Shown here: positions 20,416 to 29,203 of the stretch, in pieces
Position numbering within the stretch: the first letter of the stretch is position 1
How the letters are laid out: each line of letters begins with the position of its first letter
IMG/VR virus record: IMGVR_UViG_3300050821_002279
Span: 12,956 to 76,955 of that record
DNA length: 64,000 bases
Direction: 5' to 3' (one strand)
Source of the DNA: a virus
Position numbers and translations under genes: made by a program
Notes under the pieces: model-generated
What the model was told of the DNA's origin: nothing
Seen by the model: the letters and a program-made list of their open reading frames with translations, nothing else
Databases searched by the model: none

Positions 20416-22243
20416 TGTCGGGCTTGTAAAAACATACGGATGCCCGGTAAAGGTTGATTTAGTAAGATCCCAGCTTGGAAACAACACGCCTTTTTTTTAT
20501 TGGCAGTGGGCATTTGCCCATCCAAAAGTTGCAAATGATAATGGTGCGCCTCCACGCGACGAGTTGTTTTGGAAAATAGCCGATGTCCTAACCCCTGGTT
20601 ATTTCTGCCGCGATCCTTGGTCGGAGAGGATGATCAAAGCGTTGTGTTACAATAACTGGGTAGGAATTGCAGGATGCTCAAGCTCATCTAAAACTCACAA
20701 TCTTACTGGATTTGCCGTAATATGGTGGCTTTGCTCGCCAAACGAATCCAGCGTTATTTTCTGCTCCACTACCGCAAAATCGCTCCGAAAACGCAACTGG
20801 GCCAACGTTCAAAAAATCCGCTCGCTCATCCCGGGAATCCCGCATGGAAATTTTGTAGATTCTCGGATGGTGTGGCAGACGAACAAGGGAGATGATCTTA
20901 ACTCTATTTCTGGAATCGCCGTAGAAGAAGGCGACACCAAGGCTTCTGCTGATAAGATTAAAGGCACTCACACAAAGCGCCAGATGGTTGTCGCCAATGA
21001 AGCCAACTCGATTAACGGCGGCATCTGGGAAGCGTGCTACAACCTTTACTCGTACCCGGAGCAATGCGGCGGGGAATTCATTCTCGCAGCGGAAGCCAAT
21101 CCTTCATCCTGGCATGACGAGTTTGGTAAATTCACAGAGCCCGACAAAGGCATAACGAGCGTTTCGGTGGAGACCGAGGAATGGGACACAAGGCCGCAGT
21201 TGAACGGCAAGAATGGCATTTGCATACGCTTCGACGTTGAGCGTACTCCAAACCTTGATTACCCTAGTGATAAGCCAATCAATAGGCATCTTCCCTCTCG
21301 TGAACGCGCAGAACGCTGTATGCGCTCAACGCAGAAAGACTCCGCTCTTTACTGGTCGAACGAACGCGGCTTTCCGCCTCCCGAAGGACTCAGTAAAAAC
21401 GTCTTCTCAGAAGTCGCGCTTGAAATGGTCGGGGCCATGCAATCACAGCGATTTACCGGGGAAGCGTTTCAAATCCTGGGAGCATTCGACCCGGCGAGAA
21501 CTGGGGACAAGCCAACGCTGCGTTTTGCCGCTATGGGAAAGCTCGACAACGGAAACATGGGCATCGAGTTGATGAAGCCCATCGAGCTTAGGGTGGACTT
21601 GAACAAAAGCGTTAATCAGAAAATCTCCATCGACTACCAGCTAAAAGACCAGCTTAAACGCGAGATGGAGAACGTTCAATATCGCGGGACAAAGACCGTG
21701 TGCCCTTGGAACAATCTGGGTATTGACGGTACCGGCGGCGGTGCGGACTTCTGCGACATCATCAATCAAACGTGTTCTTGGGACATCAAGCGCGTTGTGT
21801 TCTCAGAAGCGCCAAGTTCGGACGCGGTAAGCCATGAGGATCTTCGACCGGCAAACGAGAGGTACAGAAACCTGAGAGCGGAGATGTATTTTCGCGCACG
21901 GCAAGCCTTTGACACCGGGCAAATGAAGGGGCTCGACCCGGAGACGAAGAAGGAGATGGCGACAATCACCTTTGATGATTCAAAGCCCTTGATCACGATT
22001 GTCTCAAAGGAAGATTACCGGCTCAAATACAAGTGTTCTCCCGACAAGACAGATACCATCGTTATCCTGATTGAGGTCGCAAGGCGCAAGGGATTCAAGC
22101 TGGCAGTTGTCGGAGAGACGGTGAAGCGAGTTCAAGAGGTTGAGAAGGTATTCGAGCAATCTCAGGAAGTGTTCGCGGAGATTAATTATTCGCAAGACAA
22201 CGAGGAATTTCAGGAGACGGATGCCAATTCGATTTACGCATGA
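20384..22243 (+). CDS. terL: Terminase large subunit
   Basis: Walker A-like 'IAGCSSSSKT', 'ANP' coupling motif, and nuclease motifs 'GAFDPA..GD', 'GIDGTGGG', 'YRNLRAEMY' and 'SPDKTD'. Confidence 0.85.
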   Translation: MPRKPPPKPLDVGLVKTYGCPVKVDLVRSQLGNNTPFFYWQWAFAHPKVANDNGAPPRDELFWKIADVLTPGYFCRDPWSERMIKALCYNNWVGIAGCSSSSKTHNLTGFAVIWWLCSPNESSVIFCSTTAKSLRKRNWANVQKIRSLIPGIPHGNFVDSRMVWQTNKGDDLNSISGIAVEEGDTKASADKIKGTHTKRQMVVANEANSINGGIWEACYNLYSYPEQCGGEFILAAEANPSSWHDEFGKFTEPDKGITSVSVETEEWDTRPQLNGKNGICIRFDVERTPNLDYPSDKPINRHLPSRERAERCMRSTQKDSALYWSNERGFPPPEGLSKNVFSEVALEMVGAMQSQRFTGEAFQILGAFDPARTGDKPTLRFAAMGKLDNGNMGIELMKPIELRVDLNKSVNQKISIDYQLKDQLKREMENVQYRGTKTVCPWNNLGIDGTGGGADFCDIINQTCSWDIKRVVFSEAPSSDAVSHEDLRPANERYRNLRAEMYFRARQAFDTGQMKGLDPETKKEMATITFDDSKPLITIVSKEDYRLKYKCSPDKTDTIVILIEVARRKGFKLAVVGETVKRVQEVEKVFEQSQEVFAEINYSQDNEEFQETDANSIYA

Positions 22244-22875
22244 AAATGAAGCTTAGTCGCATTGGCGGCGTACCGTATGGTGGCCGATACGAAATCAACC
22301 GCCCCGATCTCGGAATGGTCGGCATGGGCACGGCGTTCGATATGCTTGAGACCAACGTGCGCAGATATCGTAAGGCCAACGGCATCCCAACCGGCCTTGG
22401 TTTTTCAGAAGAACTTGAGCAAGAAATTTGTAAGCTCTACCCCCAGGAATGTGAGCACGCCGATCCAAATCTGCCGTCAAATATCCGGCTCAGCTTTGAA
22501 GATGTCGTTCACGGCACGCAAGTGCTGGCATCGTTTAAACTCGCCGGATCTCCTTTAGTTCCCAAGCAAGAGGCGGAAAGACGCGCTTCGATTTGTTCTC
22601 AATGCAAGCTTCTTGTTCCATTTGCGCGGCCTTGCGGCGGGCTATGCGGAGCATTGAAGACCGCCGTGGACGAACTCGTTGGCGGATACGAAATCGCTTT
22701 CGACAACGATTTGCGGGCGTGCGGTATCTGTCATTGCTTCGCCGCCTCACAGGTGAGGATACCATACGAACACCTCGAAAAAGGGCTCACCGAGCAGATG
22801 AAGGTGCAGTTTCAGGCGGCAAAGGCTGCGTGGGGGTGTTGGAAGGTGCAAGATTCTTCCACATCCGCCCCTTGA
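22240..22875 (+). CDS. Cys-rich hypothetical protein
   Basis: Motifs 'ICSQC', 'CGGLC' and 'CGICHC'; coupled to terL. Confidence 0.6.
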   Translation: MKMKLSRIGGVPYGGRYEINRPDLGMVGMGTAFDMLETNVRRYRKANGIPTGLGFSEELEQEICKLYPQECEHADPNLPSNIRLSFEDVVHGTQVLASFKLAGSPLVPKQEAERRASICSQCKLLVPFARPCGGLCGALKTAVDELVGGYEIAFDNDLRACGICHCFAASQVRIPYEHLEKGLTEQMKVQFQAAKAAWGCWKVQDSSTSAP

Positions 22876-23482
22876 TAATATTGCGGATGGTCTCACGAAG
22901 AACTCCGCACTCCTTCGCCATGCCAGCCACAAGGCCCCATTTAGATTTACTTGAATTGTAGCGCTGTCTTATTTTCAAAACTTGCTCCTCGGTAAACTTT
23001 GTAGTAACCGGGTGTTTCCTTGGTGGTTCGGTGAGAATTCGCTCGTCAGACCATCCTAGTTTCTTTCTTTGGTGGATTAGTTTTATAGATATGCCTGTTA
23101 TTGTTTCCCATTCTTTGGCGTGGAGTGTTTGACCTTCGAACGTTAACAAACTCCTCGGTCTCCGATTCAGCGCTTGTTCATTTGGATTTGCCCACCGGCA
23201 ATTCATGGGCCAATTGTTAGCAATGCATTCAGGACACTGACCGCACGAATAATGACCGTCATTATTTTTCCGATCTAACGATCTCCCTTCAGGACATGGC
23301 CCCATTATAGCCATGAAATTCAACTTGTCTTTAAAACCCTCACACATCTTAATTCCGCGACCTCCGTAGGCAAAATAATTCCAGCATTTCGGATTGCTGG
23401 TTCTTGCAAAGGCACTCCTTTGCGCGTGAAAAGCTCTAATTACTTCCTTGAAATGGACTACTTGGTTTTCAAACGGTTTCAT
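22787..23482 (-). CDS. HNH-type homing endonuclease
   Basis: 'YGGRGIKMCE..K...F...MG.CPEG.SLDRKNNDGHYSCG.C..C...NCRWA...EQALNRR' plus a C-terminal HTH; similar to 41637..42299. Confidence 0.85.
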   Translation of the reverse strand: MKPFENQVVHFKEVIRAFHAQRSAFARTSNPKCWNYFAYGGRGIKMCEGFKDKLNFMAIMGPCPEGRSLDRKNNDGHYSCGQCPECIANNWPMNCRWANPNEQALNRRPRSLLTFEGQTLHAKEWETITGISIKLIHQRKKLGWSDERILTEPPRKHPVTTKFTEEQVLKIRQRYNSSKSKWGLVAGMAKECGVLRETIRNIIKGRMWKNLAPSNTPTQPLPPETAPSSAR

Positions 23483-23639
23483 AACAAAACTCCGCGAAAC
23501 AGGTTGTAACGTTCGGCCCATTTGAGGCAAAACACCCGAAACGCGGAGCTAAATTGTCTTGATTATTAAGGTAAAACGAACCAAACGTTACGGTGTGAGC
23601 ATAAAACTTAACGCAAACCAAGTCAACCAAGGAGTTTAA

Positions 23640-25919
23640 ATGTCTTACGTCGGCGGAGAAGGTGATTACGGCTTGGAGAGTCTCCAGCTAAAAGAAAACG
23701 GAGGCGTTGCGGTTCCCGAGACGCGCATGAAGTCTGCGGCCCAGGTGCAAGACTTTGGCCGTCGCCTGTGGTTCAATGATGAGAAACGTTCCTTAAAAAG
23801 AGGCAAGGTAAATGGGCTCGTCGGTGGTTTTCCGCCGTACCGCAATTCGAAGCTTCGGGATGCTGGGCTCGCGGCCAACTGTAACGCCAACTTCGGCACC
23901 GCTTCTGCCTACATGGAGAACGGTTCAGGAGCATACTACGATCTTTTCTCCGAAGCCCCCGGCACTGTTGGCATAAAAACCTCTCACGGCACGGATGAGC
24001 AAAGAGATGATTATTCCCGCATCATGTCGTCTGAAGCCGATAAGATTTTCGCCAAAGACGATCTTTGGGATTACGAGATGCAAAGGAGTCAATGGGAAAT
24101 GACGCTGCACGGTCCCGGGCCATTAATCTTCGAAGATGCTTTCAAAGTGCTTCCGCGTGCTGTCGGGGCTGGCGATTTCAAAGTGCCCGAACGAACCAAG
24201 GCTGATGCCGGGTATTACGAAATTGTTTGGGCTGATGTCGATTATTACCCGCCAGAGCTGTACCAGTTTATCAAAAACGAGGCGGCGGCGGCTCAGGTTG
24301 GATGGGATGTCGATTACACTCAGCGTTGCATTGCAAACGCGATGGATATTCGGCAACCAGAGCAGCGCGGGTACGACTGGGAATTTTACCAACAGGAAAT
24401 CAAGAACAACAGTCTTAGCTATTACGACGATTCAAAGGTTATTCACGTCGGCATTTGCTGGTGGAAAGAGTTCGATGGCAGGATTACCCAGGCAATCGTT
24501 GAGCGGGAGAGCACAACGGCAGAAGCTAGCACGGACGATTTGAGCAAGGGCGATGGGGGCGGGGTTAAATTCCTGTTCATCCACATAGGCCGGTACGCGA
24601 ACTTTCGGGAAGCGGTTCATCCGATGTACTTCGACCGTGGCAACGGCGGGTACCATCATTCGGTCACGGGGCTTGGCTCGAAGATGTATTCGGCGATGGA
24701 ATTCGAAAATCGTGGCCTTTGCCGCCTCTGGGACGGCGTATTCGCCCCCAAAGTCCTCTTCAAGCCGACAACCACGGAAGCCTCTCAGAAGATGCAGCTT
24801 GCCCACATGGGCAACTACGGCGTCATTCCCGCTGGATGGGAGGCAGAGGACATGCCGATTAATGGTTATATCAACGAGGGCTTGGCGATGTACCGGGCAT
24901 CGTCGGACCTGATGCGCTCGAATCTTTCGAATTATCGGCAGCAACCGGAGCCACAGAAACCCGGAAACCCGGAAACAAAGTTTGGTCGTCAACTCGATGC
25001 TGCCGCGCAATCCAGCCTTTCGAAAACCACGTTTAATCGGTACTACCGACAGCTTGATTTGCTTTACGCCGAGATTGTTCGACGGCTTTGCAATCTCAAC
25101 TCGACGGATAAACGCGCTCAAGAATTTCAGCAGCGTTGCATGGATCAAGGCGTTCCAAAGGAATGCTTCGGTCGAATTGAAAGTGTGGAAGCAATTCGGG
25201 TCGTTGGCGAAGGCAGCGCGTTTCTTCGAAAATCTTCTCTTGGAGAGATGGGCAGTCTTGTGCCTGGATTACCAGAAGAAGGACAGCAAGCCTGGAAAGA
25301 CGATATGATTGCCGCGACGTGCGGTCAACGCAGCGTCTCGCGGTACAACCCAAGGAAGACGCCGGGGAAGATGCCGAATGACCAGCAATTCATGGCGCTC
25401 GAAGGCGTTTGCATGATGAAGAACGGCATTCCGCCGATTGTCACGTCATCGCAGAACGCGGTTACTTTTGCAGCCGCATATCTAAACGCTGGCGTGCAAG
25501 CCCTGCAAAGCGTCCAGAAGGGCGGAAACCCGGCAGAAGTATTGAAGTTCCTGGGACTGTGCGGACCCGCGATTCTGGCGCATCTAAAGCGATTTGCCAA
25601 AGATCCGTTGCGGCAGCAGGTTTTCAAGGCGATCTTAAAACAGTTTCAGCAGTTGGCTAAACTCACAGACCAATTGAAGAAAAAAGTTCAACAGATGCAG
25701 CAAAAGCAGAAGGAACAACAAGACAAGACGCAACAAGCGATGTCCGACCAGCAGATCGCCACTCAAAAGTTGAAGGGTGACGAAGCCAGAAAAAACGCGA
25801 AGCTTCAATTCCAAATCAAGAGGGATGCAATTAAAACGCGCTCTCAACTCGCCATTGCAGACGCCCAAGCGGCTTCACAGATTCATAGAAGTAATTCGTT
25901 AGCTGCTTTTCAAGAATAA
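23640..25919 (+). CDS. Portal (head-tail connector) protein
   Basis: 759 aa, downstream of terL, AAGGAG RBS, Gln-rich coiled-coil C-terminal barrel as in P22-like portals. Confidence 0.75.
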   Translation: MSYVGGEGDYGLESLQLKENGGVAVPETRMKSAAQVQDFGRRLWFNDEKRSLKRGKVNGLVGGFPPYRNSKLRDAGLAANCNANFGTASAYMENGSGAYYDLFSEAPGTVGIKTSHGTDEQRDDYSRIMSSEADKIFAKDDLWDYEMQRSQWEMTLHGPGPLIFEDAFKVLPRAVGAGDFKVPERTKADAGYYEIVWADVDYYPPELYQFIKNEAAAAQVGWDVDYTQRCIANAMDIRQPEQRGYDWEFYQQEIKNNSLSYYDDSKVIHVGICWWKEFDGRITQAIVERESTTAEASTDDLSKGDGGGVKFLFIHIGRYANFREAVHPMYFDRGNGGYHHSVTGLGSKMYSAMEFENRGLCRLWDGVFAPKVLFKPTTTEASQKMQLAHMGNYGVIPAGWEAEDMPINGYINEGLAMYRASSDLMRSNLSNYRQQPEPQKPGNPETKFGRQLDAAAQSSLSKTTFNRYYRQLDLLYAEIVRRLCNLNSTDKRAQEFQQRCMDQGVPKECFGRIESVEAIRVVGEGSAFLRKSSLGEMGSLVPGLPEEGQQAWKDDMIAATCGQRSVSRYNPRKTPGKMPNDQQFMALEGVCMMKNGIPPIVTSSQNAVTFAAAYLNAGVQALQSVQKGGNPAEVLKFLGLCGPAILAHLKRFAKDPLRQQVFKAILKQFQQLAKLTDQLKKKVQQMQQKQKEQQDKTQQAMSDQQIATQKLKGDEARKNAKLQFQIKRDAIKTRSQLAIADAQAASQIHRSNSLAAFQE

Positions 25920-25956
25920 AAAGAAAATGACTGCCCAAAAAATCAGGCAGTCATTT
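25919..25956. terminator. Probable bidirectional intrinsic terminator
   Basis: AAATGACTGCC-N10-GGCAGTCATTT inverted repeat between convergent units; followed by a T-rich run on the minus strand. Confidence 0.8.
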
Positions 25957-26365
25957 ATCTGACCACACCATGACTTTACTTACCAGAGATTAGCTCACCA
26001 TAGCGCACTGCATCCTGCCAGTCCCGAACTTGCCAATCCTGATTGTTCCAAACCTTACCGGCTTTTCAGCCCGTGCCTTACCAAACCAAACCGGACCCGG
26101 CCTGAGAATGGAGAGCCACAACCCGCCAAGTCTCTCCATGCCATATCATGCAACTCCACTACCTACCGCCCCACGCTCGACCTCTGCCAACCGGAACGCG
26201 CCTAAGCAGACCGGCCAAAAGGCCCGTACCAAACCTAACACTTCCGAACCACTCCGAAGCCAGCCTGACCGCACTCAACCATTCCAAACCATGCACGATC
26301 TCGCCGAAACCAGCCTTTGCTAACCGGACACGAGCCCACACTACCGCACCACTCCTGAGCGTGTC
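25955..26365 (-). ncRNA. Pentamer-repeat array (GGY-like + NN): three blocks of 28, 28 and 21 pentamers separated by 13-nt hairpins; candidate guide RNA precursor
   Basis: Block 1 26365-26226; hairpin GGGCCTTTTGGCC; block 2 26212-26073; hairpin GGGCTGAAAAGCC; block 3 26059-25955. 16/28, 17/28 and 11/21 pentamers begin with GG, and register is unbroken within blocks. Confidence 0.75.
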
Positions 26366-26367
26366 CG

Positions 26368-27000
26368 TCACAGATCGAGGATTTTGAAACCCACGATCTG
26401 AAATCTTCCGAAAGTTGGACGAAAATCCCCAACGCCGATTAACTTTCCGGCCTGCGTGATAACCTCGTTAAGCAAAGTTGGACTGACATACTCGGGAAGG
26501 TTGACCATTAATTGAATTTTGGCCGTCCACCCAGCTTTCATCGCCGGTCTCGTTCGAGTGATCGCATTTCGCTGGATCACAACCCGTCTTTTATCTTCGT
26601 AATCCCAATCCTTAACGCCAAGGCTTGCGAGGTTGGTAACGCTCACAACCGCCGCCTTGAACAGATCCGCAGCAGACTTTCTCGGACTTCGCGGGTCTTG
26701 GCGAAACTTGGATGCGGCGATGATACTCATCCGTAGGTACTCACCGGGGATGGCAAGGTTGCCTTTCTCGTCACGATAAACATAACTTTCCAAGTTATCC
26801 GACTTCTTTGCAGCACTGCCCTTCTTGGCTTTGGCCTTTTCTTCAACCGCTTCACAATTCCAACGGTGGAAAAGAAGATCCGCACTTCCCTGAATCTGAA
26901 TTTCCGCAATGTACGGAATTTCCATTTCGATTGCATCTTTAGCACCATTTGTGGGACAACGATCCCCGCCGAGTTCTGTGGTTTTTGTCGCTGATTTCAT
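26368..27000 (-). CDS. Stand-alone Cas7/RAMP-like protein (210 aa)
   Basis: RAMP-like layout: first strand 'IQIQGSADLLFH', 'LAIPGEYLRMSI' (IPG motif plus helix), thumb 'RRVVIQRNAITRTRP' and C-terminal Gly loop 'AGKLIGVGDFRPTFGRFQI'. Start is ATG 27000. Confidence 0.7.
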   Translation of the reverse strand: MKSATKTTELGGDRCPTNGAKDAIEMEIPYIAEIQIQGSADLLFHRWNCEAVEEKAKAKKGSAAKKSDNLESYVYRDEKGNLAIPGEYLRMSIIAASKFRQDPRSPRKSAADLFKAAVVSVTNLASLGVKDWDYEDKRRVVIQRNAITRTRPAMKAGWTAKIQLMVNLPEYVSPTLLNEVITQAGKLIGVGDFRPTFGRFQIVGFKILDL

Positions 27001-27003
27001 AAT

Positions 27004-27073
27004 TAACCATTCCACGCCGTAACACGCCGCGACTGGCCAAGGCAATGACGGCACTGCCGCATCCAGCCCTGCC
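27004..27073 (-). repeat. Leader pentamer array (14 units) ending 3 nt before the ATG of the RAMP-like gene
   Basis: GGCAG GGCTG GATGC GGCAG TGCCG TCATT GCCTT GGCCA GTCGC GGCGT GTTAC GGCGT GGAAT GGTTA att ATG. Confidence 0.7.
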
Positions 27074-27201
27074 GTGTTTCTGGCAACGCACCCGCCCGTC
27101 GATTGCTGTAACGCAGCAGTTGGGAACCGCTACCAAACGGCGAACGAGTGCAAATTTGTTTTGGTTGTTTCATCCGGTTACAGTCGGACTTTACGCTTGC
27201 T

Positions 27202-27229
27202 ACTTTATCAAAAATGGCATTACTGTCAA
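27202..27229 (-). promoter_or_regulatory. Sigma70-like promoter for the RAMP/array unit
   Basis: TTGACA (27229-27224), 16-nt spacer ending TGA, then TAAAGT (27207-27202), i.e. an extended -10. Confidence 0.6.
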
Positions 27230-27238
27230 CTAGAATTT

Positions 27239-27382
27239 ATGCCCGAAGGTTCCACCGATACCGACGATCAAGGTTTGCCAGAAGACGAGCCGGATGATTC
27301 TGATGAAGACGAGTGCGAAACTCCAGCCGATATTTTCCGCAGCCGCACCGAAGACTTAGGCGATAACCCGCAAACACGATAA
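27239..27382 (+). CDS. Small acidic hypothetical protein
   Basis: ATG 27239, D/E-rich, coupled to the next ORF. Confidence 0.35.
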   Translation: MPEGSTDTDDQGLPEDEPDDSDEDECETPADIFRSRTEDLGDNPQTR

Positions 27383-27579
27383 TGCCAGATAGAGAACAGG
27401 GTAAAATGCTTATGAGTGACTTCGGCTGGTGCCTGGAGTCGGATAAGCCTGAGCGCAAAGACCTTTTATGGGTGCCTACGGGGACGAAGGATATTTACGT
27501 TTGGCAAAGCGATGAAGACGGCTGGATAAAGATTCGACCGCCGCAGACGTTTCCGTGCAGAGAACTCAACCACGGTTAG
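27382..27579 (+). CDS. Hypothetical protein
   Basis: Coupled ORF immediately before the ATP-grasp gene. Confidence 0.4.
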   Translation: MPDREQGKMLMSDFGWCLESDKPERKDLLWVPTGTKDIYVWQSDEDGWIKIRPPQTFPCRELNHG

Positions 27580-28926
27580 ATGAGCGGCGACATTTCAGAA
27601 AAATCGTGTTGCGTCTTTGACCCGGGATACAACATCTCCCTCGCTCGCCGACTTGCCAGAGAGTTTGGGCGCGTAGATTTCTTCGCTGGTTGGAAAGACT
27701 CAGATCCCGAGACCCTAAAGCTCGCCATCGGAACAGGCTTTCCTGAAATAAACCGGGTGCGGCATTTCAGTGATGCGATAAGTCGCAACGACATTTTCAT
27801 TTTCCCGAACATCTATCACGGCGATCTCCAGAGGGACTTGATCAATCGCGGGAAGAGGGTTTGGGGAAGTCGCAAGGCGGAAAGGCTGGAGTACGATCGC
27901 CCGTTTTTCTATAAGACGCTTGAAAAGGTTGGGCTTCCAGTCCCCGAATACCACGTTTTACAAGGGCTTGATGAGCTTGAGGAATTCCTTCAGGAGAACG
28001 AAGGCTGGTGGGTGAAGCTGAATCTTCGCGGGGATGATGAAACGTGGAAGCATGAGACTTGGGAGTTAACCGAGCCAAAGTTTCGCTCGATGCGACAACG
28101 CTACGGCCCGGTCGGAAAGTTCATAACGTTCACACTCGTTAAGCACATTGATTCGATTATTGAAGCTGCTTACGACGGTTTCATGGTGGCATCTCCTACC
28201 GGACTTCCGCAATTCCCGAAGATTGGATTTCTCGGGTACGAGGACAAAGATCTCTCGCACATTGTTCACGCCATCCCGTACGACGATTTTGCCGATCCGG
28301 TTCGCGAAGTGAACGACCTGTTTGCTCCGGTCGCTGCAAGTTACTTCATGCGCAGTGGCTTCGGCACAGAGATAAAGATTGCGGAAGACGAGGAAACCAA
28401 GGAGCAGATCAATTACTTCTTGGACTTCACCGCGAGACAGCCAGAACCGCCAGGGGCTATAATCATGGAGCAGGTAACAAATCTCGGAGCGTTCTTCTGG
28501 CATGGTTCGGAAGGCGAGCTTATCCCGCTCGAAATCGAAGAGGAATTCGGCGTGCAAATCATCATGTACGCTGAGCCATCGCGCTCGAACGTTGTGCCGT
28601 TGCTTTACCCCAAAGAGCTAGATCAATGGGTGAAGCCGTCGCGTTGCTGCATGATCGATGGCACGGTGAACATCCTGCCAGATTTGCTCCTGCGACCGCG
28701 ATCTGAGTCCACCGCGCCGATAGGCTCTGTAGTTGCTCTAGGCGATTCAATCGAGGGCGCGATTGATAAAATCAAAGGGTATCTGGATGAGATTAAGTGC
28801 TCTGGCCTGGATGCTGAGGTTGAATCGCTGGCCGAAGTGCTGAAGAGAATCCAGAAAGGTGAAGAGGAAGAGATACCTTTTGCCGACGAAGTGCCAGCGC
28901 CAGAGGTTGTGACGAACGGAGAATGA
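27580..28926 (+). CDS. ATP-grasp ligase, distantly PurD (GARS)-like
   Basis: 'VWGSRKAERLEYDR.F....LEKVGLPVP', 'WWVK' and 'YFLDFTARQPEPP' correspond to ATP-grasp motifs. Confidence 0.7.
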   Translation: MSGDISEKSCCVFDPGYNISLARRLAREFGRVDFFAGWKDSDPETLKLAIGTGFPEINRVRHFSDAISRNDIFIFPNIYHGDLQRDLINRGKRVWGSRKAERLEYDRPFFYKTLEKVGLPVPEYHVLQGLDELEEFLQENEGWWVKLNLRGDDETWKHETWELTEPKFRSMRQRYGPVGKFITFTLVKHIDSIIEAAYDGFMVASPTGLPQFPKIGFLGYEDKDLSHIVHAIPYDDFADPVREVNDLFAPVAASYFMRSGFGTEIKIAEDEETKEQINYFLDFTARQPEPPGAIIMEQVTNLGAFFWHGSEGELIPLEIEEEFGVQIIMYAEPSRSNVVPLLYPKELDQWVKPSRCCMIDGTVNILPDLLLRPRSESTAPIGSVVALGDSIEGAIDKIKGYLDEIKCSGLDAEVESLAEVLKRIQKGEEEEIPFADEVPAPEVVTNGE

Positions 28927-28929
28927 TTT

Positions 28930-29169
28930 ATGGATGAATCAGCATCGCCGGAAGGCCAGAGGATGCTCAACCAAGTAACGGAAGTGCTGGGGACTCCAAT
29001 TCCGCCAAACGTCGAAGGCTGGCCGTTCCCAAGGAAGCCCGTTGGCCCCACCGCTCACCCGCAAAAGTTCAAATCCACATCCAGAGCGCCAAAAGGCCAC
29101 TCTCGCCACAGCCGCTCACAGCGCGGTCACGTCAAAGGCAAAAAGAACATTTTTGCGGGCTGGGATTAG
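28930..29169 (+). CDS. Small basic hypothetical protein
   Basis: Follows the ATP-grasp gene by 3 nt. Confidence 0.4.
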   Translation: MDESASPEGQRMLNQVTEVLGTPIPPNVEGWPFPRKPVGPTAHPQKFKSTSRAPKGHSRHSRSQRGHVKGKKNIFAGWD

Positions 29170-29203
29170 GCGCAGAAAATATTTCACTTTTCCGCTTGAC
29201 CTT

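Noticed and set aside
20615-20640. Block 1 codon-style reading W-S-E-R-M resembling terminase 'PWSERMI'
   Set aside because: Only about five dinucleotides fit and the flanks do not; consistent with chance.
25955-26365. Canonical CRISPR array
   Set aside because: There are no 23-50-nt identical direct repeats with unique spacers and no cas1/cas2.
25955-26387. ORFs 26030-26323, 26148-26387 and 26159-26371 over the pentamer array
   Set aside because: Their low-complexity translations arise from a period-5 repeat that is incompatible with codon structure; the region is better explained as non-coding RNA.
27001-27054. Longer start (27054) for the RAMP-like ORF
   Set aside because: The extension is simply the leader pentamer array; ATG 27000 directly follows it.
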